A stretch of 64,000 nt of DNA from Promethearchaeota archaeon (GCA_014728035.1 WJMJ01000131.1:117381-181380), one strand, 5' to 3'. Positions 1 to 10,686 are shown, numbered from the stretch's first letter. Numbers and translations: made by a program. Notes: generated from the sequence alone by a model not told the origin.

Positions 1-71
1 GCGAACGGTTTATAACTATAGTTAATTCTGAGAGTATATTAATCTGACTCTCTGGTAGTGGTTACTAACAA

Positions 72-1367
72 TCATTCTGGCAGATATTTGTCAGCAGATT
101 CACGATAGACCTTCTCTTCGGTCTTGTGAGCTCCTGGAGTATCCAACTCAACATCTCTATAATCAGATCTGTCCTGAGATAAGATACTACGGAATACTTC
201 GTGTTGGATTATCATTCTCTGCACCTCATTACTACCCGTCCAAATTGTAGCAAGTCTAGCATCGCGATATAAGCGTTCTATAGGATAGACATCTGTATAC
301 CCGATACCACCCAAAATTTGCATTGCTTCGTGTACAGCCTTAAAGCCTGCTTCAGTTGCATACACCTTAGCTTGTGATACCTCTTTTCTGCACCATGCTC
401 CCGTATCAGCTACTTTTGCGGCATGATATACAAGGCCACGAGCAGCATCAAGTTCAGTAACACAATCAGCAACTTTGAAACTAATGCCTTCGTATCTACG
501 AATAGAATGTCCAAAGGCTTCACGCTTATCAGCATATCGAGCCGCTATTTCTATCGCTGCACGACCCATACCAATTGGCCCAGCTGCTGAAGTGAGTCTT
601 TCTGGAACCATCATGGCATTGAATACATCCGCTCCCTCGTTCAGATTACCGATGATTCGAAACGGAGGAATCTCAATATTGGACATGACAATTCTTGCAG
701 CACCCATCCCCCTACATCCCATTAGTTCATATTCTTCTTCGACCTCCACTCCATCATCACGTTCGACTACAAATGCCGTAAGGGATTTGTGGGGTTTTGC
801 ATCAAAATCAGTTTTTGCATAAATGAGAAAATAGTCTGCTCCAATTCCTCCGGCTACAAATCGTTTCTGGCCGTTTATGATATACGAATCACCATTTTTG
901 ATAGCAGTTGTATTTGTGCCGAAGAAATCAGATCCACCCCTAGGTTCTGTCAGTCCCTCACCACAAATCAACTCACCTTTTATAGTAGGAGCCAAGTATG
1001 TTTTCTTTTGTTCTTCAGTGCCAAATTTGTTAATACCTTCTCCAATTATACTTGGGAGAGAGTATGCACATCCGAGCGCTATACCAAGAACCCCTATCTC
1101 TTCGATCGCTAGCATTTCGGAAACCCATCCAAGACCACGTCCACCATAATCTTTTGGAAAACGGAGGCCTAGAATATTTGCCTTGCCAGCATCTCTAATG
1201 AATTCATAAGGATACTCTTTCTCTTTAGAGTCCATTTTTAGCAGTAAAGTTCGGTCTACATTATCGCGCACAAAAGTACGGATTTCATCACGTATCTGTT
1301 TCTCATCTTCAGAGAGCAATACTTCAAACATCTTTCTCATCCCACAAGACTTAGAATTATGCACCAC
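72..1367 (-). CDS. Acyl-CoA dehydrogenase
   Basis: GLTEPRGGSD, INGQKRFV, AMQILGGIGY and ERLYRDAR...GSNEVQR motifs. The true start may be a later Met (1340 or 1331). Confidence 0.95.
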   Translation of the reverse strand: MVHNSKSCGMRKMFEVLLSEDEKQIRDEIRTFVRDNVDRTLLLKMDSKEKEYPYEFIRDAGKANILGLRFPKDYGGRGLGWVSEMLAIEEIGVLGIALGCAYSLPSIIGEGINKFGTEEQKKTYLAPTIKGELICGEGLTEPRGGSDFFGTNTTAIKNGDSYIINGQKRFVAGGIGADYFLIYAKTDFDAKPHKSLTAFVVERDDGVEVEEEYELMGCRGMGAARIVMSNIEIPPFRIIGNLNEGADVFNAMMVPERLTSAAGPIGMGRAAIEIAARYADKREAFGHSIRRYEGISFKVADCVTELDAARGLVYHAAKVADTGAWCRKEVSQAKVYATEAGFKAVHEAMQILGGIGYTDVYPIERLYRDARLATIWTGSNEVQRMIIQHEVFRSILSQDRSDYRDVELDTPGAHKTEEKVYRESADKYLPE

Positions 1368-1698
1368 GTAGTAAAGAATCTAGTGTCTCTGATGAGCCAC
1401 TTTCTCGTTCTATATGAATTGCATTTCTTGGACAAACAACTTCACAAACAAGACAAAGAATGCAATCAGCATCTCGAACAGGGTCTACCACACGACCATG
1501 ATCAGGAGAAAGCCATACTGAAAATACCTTTGTTGGGCATGCAGGAACACATTTCATACATCCATTGCAGGAGGCAAGATGTACTCCAGCCGTTTTGCCA
1601 TGAATGCACTCTGAACCATCAGGGCTAACCCATACAGGATGCCCACTATGTTCGCCCGTACAGTTCCATCGTTTGCGGAATTCCTTGTCAATTGGCAC
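1357..1698 (-). CDS. 2x[4Fe-4S] ferredoxin
   Basis: Two CxxCxxCxxxCP motifs (CNGCMKCVPACP, CILCLVCEVVCP); directly upstream of the acyl-CoA dehydrogenase. Confidence 0.9.
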   Translation of the reverse strand: MPIDKEFRKRWNCTGEHSGHPVWVSPDGSECIHGKTAGVHLASCNGCMKCVPACPTKVFSVWLSPDHGRVVDPVRDADCILCLVCEVVCPRNAIHIERESGSSETLDSLLRGA

Positions 1699-1744
1699 AT
1701 CAGGATAATGTGTTCCTGAACTTATAGTCTATTTGGGAAAATAC

Positions 1745-2170
1745 TCAAAAGTCACCTAGACGATTTTCACCTTCTATCTGTTGGAGCGGAGTCAAATTAA
1801 TGCTAGCCTCCAATGTCCCAAGATATGCTCCTTCACTGTCACGAATTGCAATGTACCGAATCAAAACTTTCCTTGGTTTATCACCAACAGGAAGGTCTAT
1901 CCAGAAATCAATTTGGTCTCGTTCACCAGATTTAAGCTTCTTGAGTACTTTTTCTACCTTATCTAGACTATCGGATGGATGGCACATTCGAACATTTCGT
2001 CCAATCACACCAGGGCCTCTTTTAAATATCCGAGTGCCGTGTTTGTTCCAAAAGAGAACATCATCCTCTGCATCAATGACTGAAAATTCCACTGGAAGTA
2101 CATCTAACATACTCGCCAAGAAATCAGTGTTCATTTCATCAAGTGCGTGGATAAGCGGTTTAATTGTCAT
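1745..2170 (-). CDS. Stand-alone PAS domain protein (PAS_10/DUF438-like)
   Basis: LDVLPVEFSVID...IFKR...IGRNVRMCHP...GAYLGTLE signature. Confidence 0.85.
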   Translation of the reverse strand: MTIKPLIHALDEMNTDFLASMLDVLPVEFSVIDAEDDVLFWNKHGTRIFKRGPGVIGRNVRMCHPSDSLDKVEKVLKKLKSGERDQIDFWIDLPVGDKPRKVLIRYIAIRDSEGAYLGTLEASINLTPLQQIEGENRLGDF

Positions 2171-2342
2171 AGTATAATAAAGTGAAAACCATCACTTATT
2201 GTTCTTTTCACTAATCAATCTTTTCAGATCAAGAGTATATTATTTGAGATATTGTAGATTCAATACGATTCTTCTCAAAGAAATAGCACCTTTTGCATCT
2301 ATAACATATAGGAGTGTTTCATATAATAAAAACACGATACCG

Positions 2343-2594
2343 TTGTCCTATAGATTAGATCCTAATCCTGATAAATTATCACGAGAAGATATTCTTTCAT
2401 TAGTTTCATTTTGTCCTCTTTGTGGAAATAAATGGCCAAAGAAACAATACATTTGTTCAAATGGCCACTGTGGAGTAAAGGTACGCATTGAGCCCAAAGC
2501 CCATAACTGGTTTCTATTTTATCCGAAGCATAATGGATGGGTGTATCTGGAAAGACGACTGCCAAGGATTTCGGAGGGAGAAAACAAGAGTTAG
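2343..2594 (+). CDS. Small zinc-ribbon protein
   Basis: CPLC...CSNGHC. Probable TTG start at 2343, ~22 nt after a TATA-like TATAATAAA. Confidence 0.55.
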   Translation: MSYRLDPNPDKLSREDILSLVSFCPLCGNKWPKKQYICSNGHCGVKVRIEPKAHNWFLFYPKHNGWVYLERRLPRISEGENKS

Positions 2595-2665
2595 TGAGAA
2601 GACTAATTACATGGATTTTATACAATATCACAATCAATAGCATGGGATGTGCAAGGTGAAGATAA

Positions 2666-3154
2666 ATGACTGACGTTTTCATCCGATATCAAACAACAAC
2701 AGGAATAGAAAAGACAGTCAAATTCGATACGGCAGAAACCAAAATCAATTTAGACCTTCGGGATATCCAGTCAATTGACCTTTTACCACTTATTTGGTGT
2801 ACAAGTTTGCAGGACTTGAGCCTTAGAAATAACCAAATTGTTCATCTTGACCTGACACCATTAGCAAAATGCAAAAGCCTCATCTGTTTAGCTCTGAATA
2901 ATAACAAAATAGAATCCATTGATTTTAGCCCATTGTCAAGTTGTAAGAAGCTTGAGGAGATTTTCCTAAAAAAGAACAATCTCTCACGCATAGATATATC
3001 GCCACTCTTTCAGTGCAGTAACCTTCAGACATTTGAAATCGACGAGTCAGTTTCAATGACAGCAAATATGCTACTAAGATCAATCGGAAATTGGCCATCA
3101 GTACTAGTACAACAATATGGGAAGATACTCTGGAAAGTTCCACGAAAAAGCTGA
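2666..3154 (+). CDS. Leucine-rich repeat protein (Asgard/internalin-like LRR)
   Basis: Repeated LxxLxLxxNxIxxIDLxPL units of ~22 aa. Confidence 0.9.
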   Translation: MTDVFIRYQTTTGIEKTVKFDTAETKINLDLRDIQSIDLLPLIWCTSLQDLSLRNNQIVHLDLTPLAKCKSLICLALNNNKIESIDFSPLSSCKKLEEIFLKKNNLSRIDISPLFQCSNLQTFEIDESVSMTANMLLRSIGNWPSVLVQQYGKILWKVPRKS

Positions 3155-3159
3155 TGGTA

Positions 3160-4194
3160 TCAAAATATTGGAAGTATAACTAAGAATGCGAATACCATCA
3201 GACCAAAAATAGCTGATATAGGTACGGTAATAATCCAAGATATAACGATAGAACGAATCTGATCTTTTTTGATTGGTGTCTGCGAAATCCATCCCACAGC
3301 TATCAATGCGGCAACGAGAACATGAGTACCACTTAGCGGCAATCCAAAATACGTCCCGACAAACATAACCATCGAAACGGAAACACTTGCAGATAATGCA
3401 GAAGAGGGGGAGAGCGTAACTACTTCTGTAGAGAGTGTTTTGATAACCTTTCGGCCAACTACTACTAACCCGAAAGCCATTCCAACTCCTCCAACTAAGA
3501 GAGGAATCACAATACCTGGAAACACAAATGGGCCAAAGAAGACAGGCTCTTGAAAATCAGGTAGAGCAGTTAAGGGAGCTACTGCATTAGCAACATCATT
3601 CCCACCTCTACTTAGTGAGGTGATAATCAAGAAGACTGCAAGACCATAAGCAGCCAGTTCTTCTTGACGCTCACGCTGTGCCAGACCTGGCGCTCTAGAT
3701 TGGATTCGCCGAACTCCTTTGAATACCACTGCAGCAATGCCAAAACCAACAACGGGAGAAATGACCCATCCAGCAAGAATCTCGACAATCACATTCCAAG
3801 AAATTATCTCCATGCCCCAACCAGTCAACCCAAAAAACGGAGCGGATGCAGCCACACCAATAACTGAGCCGACTATACATTGTGTTGTGCTAATCGGAAG
3901 TCCTTTTGTTATAGAAGCAAGTAGAAGCCAAATTGCCATTGAGATAAGAACTGCAAACATCATTGTAGTCGTTAATTGTTGACCACTAATCAAATCAGAC
4001 CCTACTTTCTCAGAGACCCCACCACCAAGTGATAAAGCTCCGATAATATTGATGACCGCACCTATTGCAACAGCTGTGGTTACTGAAAAAACCTTAGCCC
4101 CAACAGCGGGACTCATTGTTTCATCATTGCTTCCAATCGCAAAAGCCACAATAAAGCCAATGACCAGTAATAGAAGAAGAATGACTAAATCCAC
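3160..4194 (-). CDS. PiT family inorganic phosphate transporter
   Basis: Duplicated GSND/GGNDVAN and LPISTT/LPLSGTH motifs; multiple TM helices. Confidence 0.93.
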   Translation of the reverse strand: MDLVILLLLLVIGFIVAFAIGSNDETMSPAVGAKVFSVTTAVAIGAVINIIGALSLGGGVSEKVGSDLISGQQLTTTMMFAVLISMAIWLLLASITKGLPISTTQCIVGSVIGVAASAPFFGLTGWGMEIISWNVIVEILAGWVISPVVGFGIAAVVFKGVRRIQSRAPGLAQRERQEELAAYGLAVFLIITSLSRGGNDVANAVAPLTALPDFQEPVFFGPFVFPGIVIPLLVGGVGMAFGLVVVGRKVIKTLSTEVVTLSPSSALSASVSVSMVMFVGTYFGLPLSGTHVLVAALIAVGWISQTPIKKDQIRSIVISWIITVPISAIFGLMVFAFLVILPIF

Positions 4195-4218
4195 TAGAAT
4201 GTCACACTCTTATCTTTT

Positions 4219-4887
4219 CTAGGAATATTTGGTAGCTAATGCACGAATGTAATCAGCAGTTGCTTCTGTGCGTTCCGCAACCAGTAATATTCTATGAGAC
4301 ATTCCATGAAACAGAAGTAGATTAGGAGCTTCGTGGTTTTGTTCAGTAAGAAGTGCTCCCAACAGATCGAATTGTATGTCCCGTGCCTCTTCTCTTACAT
4401 CTTCAACTTTATGACAGAACTCAACCGATTTAGAGAAATTGGTGAAAAGGAACTTGACTGCGTCTTGAAGTAAATCAGTACAATTCCAACATTTCTCAGC
4501 AATTTTGACAATTGCTTCAGGAGGTTTAGACTTTCGACCAATCGCCATCATTCTTACAGCTTCTTCAGCAGCATCGACAATATCATCCATCATCTCGACA
4601 AGTTTGTGGCGTTCTTGGGTCTGTTGAGGGAGATAGGCATGTTTGGGAAAGATGGATTCGACTAGCTCGTCCTTCAGTTCGTCCGCATGTCTTTCTATTG
4701 TGATTATCTCTTCTTCTCGAGCTAATAGAGTTTCTAGATCTCCATCGAACCAAGCCTGTGCACTCTGGTGTAATTTGGCACTAGCAGCTTGAAGGGCTTT
4801 GCTAATTTTTAGCATTAATTCATCTGCTTGTCTTCTTAATTCCTTATCGCCGCCACGGAATATTTTGGAAAACGCCATGATAACCAC
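4219..4887 (-). CDS. DUF47/PhoU-like phosphate transport regulator
   Basis: IERHADELK...MDDIVDAAE helical repeat, in an operon with PiT. Confidence 0.88.
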   Translation of the reverse strand: MVIMAFSKIFRGGDKELRRQADELMLKISKALQAASAKLHQSAQAWFDGDLETLLAREEEIITIERHADELKDELVESIFPKHAYLPQQTQERHKLVEMMDDIVDAAEEAVRMMAIGRKSKPPEAIVKIAEKCWNCTDLLQDAVKFLFTNFSKSVEFCHKVEDVREEARDIQFDLLGALLTEQNHEAPNLLLFHGMSHRILLVAERTEATADYIRALATKYS

Positions 4888-4940
4888 AATGTAACACGAT
4901 TATTGGTATCCTCACTTATAATCTTCATCCAAGCATAGTT

Positions 4941-5939
4941 CTATAGTTCAACTGCACCAATAGAATCCATATCACCAACGACTTCAAGTCCAGCATTTGT
5001 TCCTGTGCCTTCAAATAGCAGCTTGCGGCTGGTTTTTGTGAGCTCATAAAATCGAATACTAATCTTAGAAGTAAGACTCTCAATAATTCGTCCGGACATC
5101 GAGCCTTGGACTGGAGACCTAAGTGTTGCACCATCAGCACGTGAGGCATCAACCATAATAGCATATTTTTTATCACGTACTTGAAATCTAACGTTTTTTT
5201 CTGATACACGAATTTGAGATATCCGAGCCCCAGTGTAAGTTGTGAATCGGTATATTGTATTATCATAGAGAAGTCCAATTAGAAATCCAGGAAATTGAGA
5301 GCCAAACCAAGGAATCGTAGCAATTGATGATGAAAATGAAACTCTAGGTTCTTGAAAATGATTAGATTGCATCCAGATCCAAGAGCTAGGGAAACCTTGA
5401 CCCCAGTCCTTCTCTAAATATCCACGACCATCAGTGAAATCAATCTTGCTTCCATTGATCGTCAGAACTCCTTCTATGGAATGATCGAAGCTAAGTATAC
5501 CATGAAGGCATTGTAATCCAGGAACAAAACGAAATATTCCCATAGCCCCTGGAGAAAATGTTGTTACAGGCCAAGGAATAATGTTTTTGAAAATCAGGCT
5601 CCCTTCAACATGTTGGTCATCATTTCTGATTGCTAGTTTGATTCCATTTAGTGAAAATCTGCTATTCTCAACTTGGATGTCAAAAGAATGCTTAGCACTT
5701 GAGAAAGAATCTAGTGGGTAGCGATGGTAAGTAGCAGAGGCATCATTTCCAGTCAACACCTGGATAAAAGAATGTCGTGAGCCATCAAGCCCTCCAAAAC
5801 TCACACCAGGAATAATGGCATACGAGTGCTTCCGGGATTTATCAACTATTTTGAAATACCATCCCTCAAAGTAACCATTCATTTCCTTTTTCCCCTGATA
5901 CATCTCAGGTTTCCAATAGGTACGCAAAGCATGAAACAT
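4941..5939 (-). CDS. Tocopherol cyclase (VTE1-like) family protein
   Basis: YFEGWYFK and GYLEKDWGQGFPSSWIWMQSN motifs. Confidence 0.85.
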   Translation of the reverse strand: MFHALRTYWKPEMYQGKKEMNGYFEGWYFKIVDKSRKHSYAIIPGVSFGGLDGSRHSFIQVLTGNDASATYHRYPLDSFSSAKHSFDIQVENSRFSLNGIKLAIRNDDQHVEGSLIFKNIIPWPVTTFSPGAMGIFRFVPGLQCLHGILSFDHSIEGVLTINGSKIDFTDGRGYLEKDWGQGFPSSWIWMQSNHFQEPRVSFSSSIATIPWFGSQFPGFLIGLLYDNTIYRFTTYTGARISQIRVSEKNVRFQVRDKKYAIMVDASRADGATLRSPVQGSMSGRIIESLTSKISIRFYELTKTSRKLLFEGTGTNAGLEVVGDMDSIGAVEL

Positions 5940-6047
5940 TTAACCACCAGTTAGTCAATAAATAAGGACTAGATGCATATCTATCATTAGGTCATGCCGA
6001 ATTCTTCATAGGTAACCTCACAGAATCCTATACGAAGAGGTATTAAC

Positions 6048-6863
6048 TTGAAAACAGGTCTGAAAGGTAAGCATGCTGTAATCACGGGTGCAGCAAGTGG
6101 AATAGGTTTTGAAACTACCAAAAGACTCCTTGCAGAGGGGGTCAATATCACAGGAACATACCATAGTTCCAAGAAAGGATTAGAAGAGTTAATCGAACAT
6201 TGGCAGGATCATCTTCAAATAATCCAAGCTGACGTCAGAGATGAAGCAAGTGTACAAAATCTGTTTCGCCTAGCAAACAAAGCATTTGGAAGAGTTGATA
6301 TTTCCATCGCAAATGCAGGTATTGCCAATCACGAAGGAGTAGCAATTCAAGATATGACTCTTGAGCAATGGGATAGAATAATTTCTGTAAATCTGACTGG
6401 CGTGTTTCTTACTGCAAAGTACTTCTTCAAAAACCTAGAAACATATCCTGAGGAACAAGCATCGCTTATACTTATCGGATCAACTGCTGGTATCTTTGGT
6501 GAAGCTTGGTATTGTGATTACGCATCAACAAAAGCAGGTCTCAAAGGTCTCATGCTAAGTCTGAAGAACGAGATAGTCCATCTTGCAAGAAAAGGGAGAG
6601 TGAATATTGTGAACCCAGGTTGGACTGTCACACCAATGGCAGAAGAAGCTCTAACCGAAGAAGAAAGTGTAACCCGAATCCTTCAGACCCTCCCTATGAG
6701 GAAAGTTGCATTACCAAAAGATATAGCGAACGCAATTCTGTACTTGGCTTCAGATGAATTAGCAGGTCATGTGAGTGGACAGTCCATAACAGTAGCAGGA
6801 GGTATGGAAGGTCGTCTACTATTTGTCCCGTCAGACATAGATCCATCACGCGCAAGAGGTTAG
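6048..6863 (+). CDS. SDR family oxidoreductase
   Basis: TGAASGIG, NAG, YASTK. Confidence 0.93.
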   Translation: MKTGLKGKHAVITGAASGIGFETTKRLLAEGVNITGTYHSSKKGLEELIEHWQDHLQIIQADVRDEASVQNLFRLANKAFGRVDISIANAGIANHEGVAIQDMTLEQWDRIISVNLTGVFLTAKYFFKNLETYPEEQASLILIGSTAGIFGEAWYCDYASTKAGLKGLMLSLKNEIVHLARKGRVNIVNPGWTVTPMAEEALTEEESVTRILQTLPMRKVALPKDIANAILYLASDELAGHVSGQSITVAGGMEGRLLFVPSDIDPSRARG

Positions 6864-6867
6864 ATTC

Positions 6868-7623
6868 TTGAGTTTTGATGAAATTGCTATAGCATATGAC
6901 AATGCAATAAACTGGGAGAGCAGACTAGATAGAGAGATTCCATTCATCATCAAATCACTCAAAGATGAAGAGGCGGCAAAAATCCTAGACATAGCATGCG
7001 GATCTGGGCGTCATGCAATAGAACTTGCATCCAGAGGTGCATATGTGATTGCATTTGACAACAGCAGCTCTATGATACAACAAGCAAAGAATTTTGCAGA
7101 CTCGGCAAACTCAAGTCCACGTTTTCTCATTTTGGAGATGCTTGAGATGGAAAAGGAGGTCTCTGAATCCTTCGACCTAGCTTTGTGTCTAGGAAATTCT
7201 TTAGCTCTACTAAATGATTGGAATGAAGTAGAACATGTAATTCGAACGGTTCGAAACCTGCTAAACCAAGAGGGAAAATTCATATTTCAAACTCTCAACT
7301 TCACAGAGATAATTAAAAACGATTTTCGACTCTTTCCACTGAAAAGAGGATATACACCTAGTGGAAAAGAAATTGTTTTTGGCAGATTCTTTGACCACGA
7401 TACAAATAGCCAACAGACTCATCTGATTATGTCATCTTTTGTTAAAACTGGTAAAGAGTGGACAGTAACTTCCTCCAAACAAAAGATTCTAAGAATACAG
7501 AAGGAGAATATCGAAGAAATATTACTAAGAGCAGGATTCAATCAAGTAGAATTCTACTCTGATTATAACAAATCCTCTTTTGTACCTACAACTAGTCGAA
7601 GTATGATTGTACGAGCTCAATAA
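6868..7623 (+). CDS. Class I SAM-dependent methyltransferase
   Basis: ILDIACGSGRH motif I; FDLALCLGNSL. Confidence 0.92.
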   Translation: MSFDEIAIAYDNAINWESRLDREIPFIIKSLKDEEAAKILDIACGSGRHAIELASRGAYVIAFDNSSSMIQQAKNFADSANSSPRFLILEMLEMEKEVSESFDLALCLGNSLALLNDWNEVEHVIRTVRNLLNQEGKFIFQTLNFTEIIKNDFRLFPLKRGYTPSGKEIVFGRFFDHDTNSQQTHLIMSSFVKTGKEWTVTSSKQKILRIQKENIEEILLRAGFNQVEFYSDYNKSSFVPTTSRSMIVRAQ

Positions 7624-7630
7624 TTGGTAT

Positions 7631-8563
7631 TCAATCATTATTTGATTGAGTCTTGACAACAATAGCGATAATAATTGTAACCCCAACACCAACAGCTAGA
7701 ATTCGAGTAGAATCAAATAATGAAGGAGGTGAAGTAGGAGTGGGACTGGTCGGAGTAGTTGTAATGGAAGATATTTCAATCAATCCAATTGTCGGATCGT
7801 ATGTGAGAGTTTCATTGAAATAGGGGAAACAGAAGTAGATTTGTTCACCATTGTTTTGTGGATTCGCACCATTTACACTCGCAGTTACTCCGACTGTCTG
7901 AGAGCTGACCTCAGCAGTAGAGGGGTAAGATAGATATCCATTATCAAAGGAAACATTTCCTGCACCAGTAGCAACTGTGGGTCTATTCAACTGGCCGCTA
8001 GAATGCTGACCAATACTAATCACTATTCCAACTGCAAGACTATTGTTGGTATTATGCCAATTCCATCCAGAGAGAATTACATCAAATTTCAAAGATGCAT
8101 TTTTTGAGACTTCAATGTGATTTACCAATACTATCTGAAGACTGGGTTGTTGCGGCCCGAAACTTCCCGGAGAACTGGCAAGTTCAAAGTCTAATTGAAC
8201 CACCTCACCAGATTCTTCTTGAGTTACAAAGTTACTAAAAGTCCAAGTTCCAGACTGGAGTGCTATAACCGAACCAACAACTACATCACTGTCATGGGTA
8301 TAACCACCATCGCTATTGGTATCGGTATATTCAAACATTCTTACGAAGAGAACATGATAATCAGTCGTGTTCTCAACTATATCATAGAATCTATAATGTG
8401 GTGATTGGGAACCCATAAGAAAAAGACCAAACGATCCATTGCGTACATCAAGTCCAGTTGCATCTAATGTATAATCAATACCAAATGGAGAAGCAGCTGC
8501 CCAAGAGAGAGAAACCAGTAAGGTCAATACCGCAATAGTACACACTGATATAGGTCTGGACAT
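7631..8563 (-). CDS. Secreted, C-terminally anchored beta-rich surface protein (paralog 1)
   Basis: Signal peptide from Met at 8563; FEYTDTNSDG, LKFDVILSGWNW, YDPTIG; Thr/Pro linker and C-terminal TM helix. Confidence 0.8.
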   Translation of the reverse strand: MSRPISVCTIAVLTLLVSLSWAAASPFGIDYTLDATGLDVRNGSFGLFLMGSQSPHYRFYDIVENTTDYHVLFVRMFEYTDTNSDGGYTHDSDVVVGSVIALQSGTWTFSNFVTQEESGEVVQLDFELASSPGSFGPQQPSLQIVLVNHIEVSKNASLKFDVILSGWNWHNTNNSLAVGIVISIGQHSSGQLNRPTVATGAGNVSFDNGYLSYPSTAEVSSQTVGVTASVNGANPQNNGEQIYFCFPYFNETLTYDPTIGLIEISSITTTPTSPTPTSPPSLFDSTRILAVGVGVTIIIAIVVKTQSNND

Positions 8564-8628
8564 AGCTATACACAATTCAATATTGCACAAATGCATATAA
8601 TAAGACTGCTTCCTGCGTTCATTAGGAG

Positions 8629-9477
8629 TTGAATTCACTGGATCAAGATACCATAATGGACAAGATGTTCAATGCGCTTGCTCATAAAATCAGACGGAAA
8701 ATAATCGTCATGGTTGGTAATCAGGGCTCCGTCACCTATACGGATCTTACGAAACTAGGTCTTGAACCAGGCACTCTCTATCACCATCTTGATATCCTTG
8801 TAAAATCCGAAGCTGCTATTCTCATACAGGGAAAGAACAAGCAATACTCTCTTACTGATCTAGGAGAAGCAGCTCTTAGTGTTATTTCACAGGGAGAAGA
8901 CCAAACATCTTGGACCATAAGAGAACATAATACTTCTGGAACAATTCCTAAAAAGATAGCAGATTATGTTGGGATGAAGCCTTTGACCATTCGGATACAA
9001 AGAGACCCTTGGAGATTTGTTATTGAGGTGATTCTCTTCCTAAGTGTATATGGGTATCTTGCATCTGAAGTGGCACTTCTGCCTTTTCTATTGTTCTTTC
9101 TTGAGGGGACTTTTATTTCAGGGATAACAATCATAGCAGCACTAGCTTCATGGATAATCACATATCTGCTTGTAGAAATTCTTTCGATGATAATCCTGAA
9201 GAAACGAGAGCCATCTCGCGGGTTATTTATGGCAATACCACTTGCATTTGTTCCTCATTTCTTGATAGAACTGTTATGGTACATTGCACCTGCAAGCGCA
9301 CCATTCACAGGTTGGCCTCTCACAATTGTTCTAACAGGAATAATTTCATGGAGTACGTATATACTCACAGTGGCAGTAGCGAGAGCAAAAAAGGTGAGAC
9401 TATCACGAGCAGCAATGATTACACTAATTATTACAAACCTTAACCTGTTTCTTTTGGCACTAATTACGGGATTCTAA
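8629..9477 (+). CDS. ArsR-type wHTH fused to a multi-TM (Yip1-like) membrane domain
   Basis: FNALAHKIRRKII...GTLYHHL...YSLTDLG, followed by ~5 TM helices ending WSTYILTVAVARAKKVRLSRA. Confidence 0.8.
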   Translation: MNSLDQDTIMDKMFNALAHKIRRKIIVMVGNQGSVTYTDLTKLGLEPGTLYHHLDILVKSEAAILIQGKNKQYSLTDLGEAALSVISQGEDQTSWTIREHNTSGTIPKKIADYVGMKPLTIRIQRDPWRFVIEVILFLSVYGYLASEVALLPFLLFFLEGTFISGITIIAALASWIITYLLVEILSMIILKKREPSRGLFMAIPLAFVPHFLIELLWYIAPASAPFTGWPLTIVLTGIISWSTYILTVAVARAKKVRLSRAAMITLIITNLNLFLLALITGF

Positions 9478-9641
9478 CAATCAAAGTAGTAAATAGTCAA
9501 AGTGGTACTACATCTGAAGAATGATGCGGTCGCTAAGAGAAATCGAAGTCAGTTCGGTAAATCCCGAAGTGGTATTTCCACAAACGCGGAATAGAACTAT
9601 TATATATCCATTTGAGTAAACCATTCATGGTGTACAACCTT

Positions 9642-10589
9642 ATGAAAGATAAGAAAATATTAATCGCCTTTGTAGCATTCGTGCTTCTGGCAACTGTTCC
9701 ATTTGTTGCAGCTCAACAGAATGGACCAGATTATGGTCATAGTAATGGTGTGGCTTCGGTGACCACAGATAACATTGGTCTCAAAGTCACAGCTACTAAT
9801 CAAGTTCCACATTTCCACTTCTGGGATGCAAATGATAGCACACCAGGAGCTGATTATCATGTCATGTTTAGCAAGTTTTTCGAAGCTAATGATACTGATG
9901 ATGACGGTACATACACACCAGGAACTGATCAGCGAGTATACGACCCCTTGACACTTCCATCTCTTGGTTGGGAATTTAGCGGATTCGAAACAGAAGGCAA
10001 TCCAACTGAGAAGATCCACTTCAACTTCACATCAACAGAAACATTTACACCACAAGGACCCCCAACTCTTGCGGATACTGGACCCCCAACAAGCATGGAC
10101 ATAACCATTAAGATTCTCGTACACATTGATTTGGCAAACGATAACGAAATGAAATTCGATATCATGCTCGATGGCTGGGATTGGACATACGACGATTCAA
10201 TTCTTGTATTCCAATTTACAATTTCTGAGAGCCAACATGGAGAAGAAAATGGTACAGCAGAACCAACTAATTTCCAGGGACAGAACGGAAACTTCACGTT
10301 TGGTAACGCATACATGGAAACTGCTCAAACTGCCACTGCAGGAAATGAAACTGCTCCTCAGACAATTCAGGTCAGAGCTAGTCATGGAAGTTCAGAAGCT
10401 GGTGAAACCGGTGAATCCGTATATATTGCCTTTGAGAACTTTGGAAACGAATCGTTATACTACGATCCCACTCTAGGTATTGAATCGGACGGATTTACTG
10501 GAATCATAGACTACAATACACTCCTAATCATTGCTGGCGGTGCAACTGTTATTGTATTGATAGCAATCGTGCTCAAGATGAGAAAGTAA
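9642..10589 (+). CDS. Secreted, C-terminally anchored beta-rich surface protein (paralog 2)
   Basis: Signal peptide; FEANDTDDDG, MKFDIMLDGWDW, YDPTLG; C-terminal TM plus basic tail. Aligns by eye with 7631-8563. Confidence 0.85.
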   Translation: MKDKKILIAFVAFVLLATVPFVAAQQNGPDYGHSNGVASVTTDNIGLKVTATNQVPHFHFWDANDSTPGADYHVMFSKFFEANDTDDDGTYTPGTDQRVYDPLTLPSLGWEFSGFETEGNPTEKIHFNFTSTETFTPQGPPTLADTGPPTSMDITIKILVHIDLANDNEMKFDIMLDGWDWTYDDSILVFQFTISESQHGEENGTAEPTNFQGQNGNFTFGNAYMETAQTATAGNETAPQTIQVRASHGSSEAGETGESVYIAFENFGNESLYYDPTLGIESDGFTGIIDYNTLLIIAGGATVIVLIAIVLKMRK

Positions 10590-10686
10590 TTTTCTTGAAC
10601 AACAGATAGATAATGTTATGCACATGTCAGAGAATCGCTCTGCCTTTGCATAACATAAATTATTTTTTAAAACAAAGAAATAAGAC

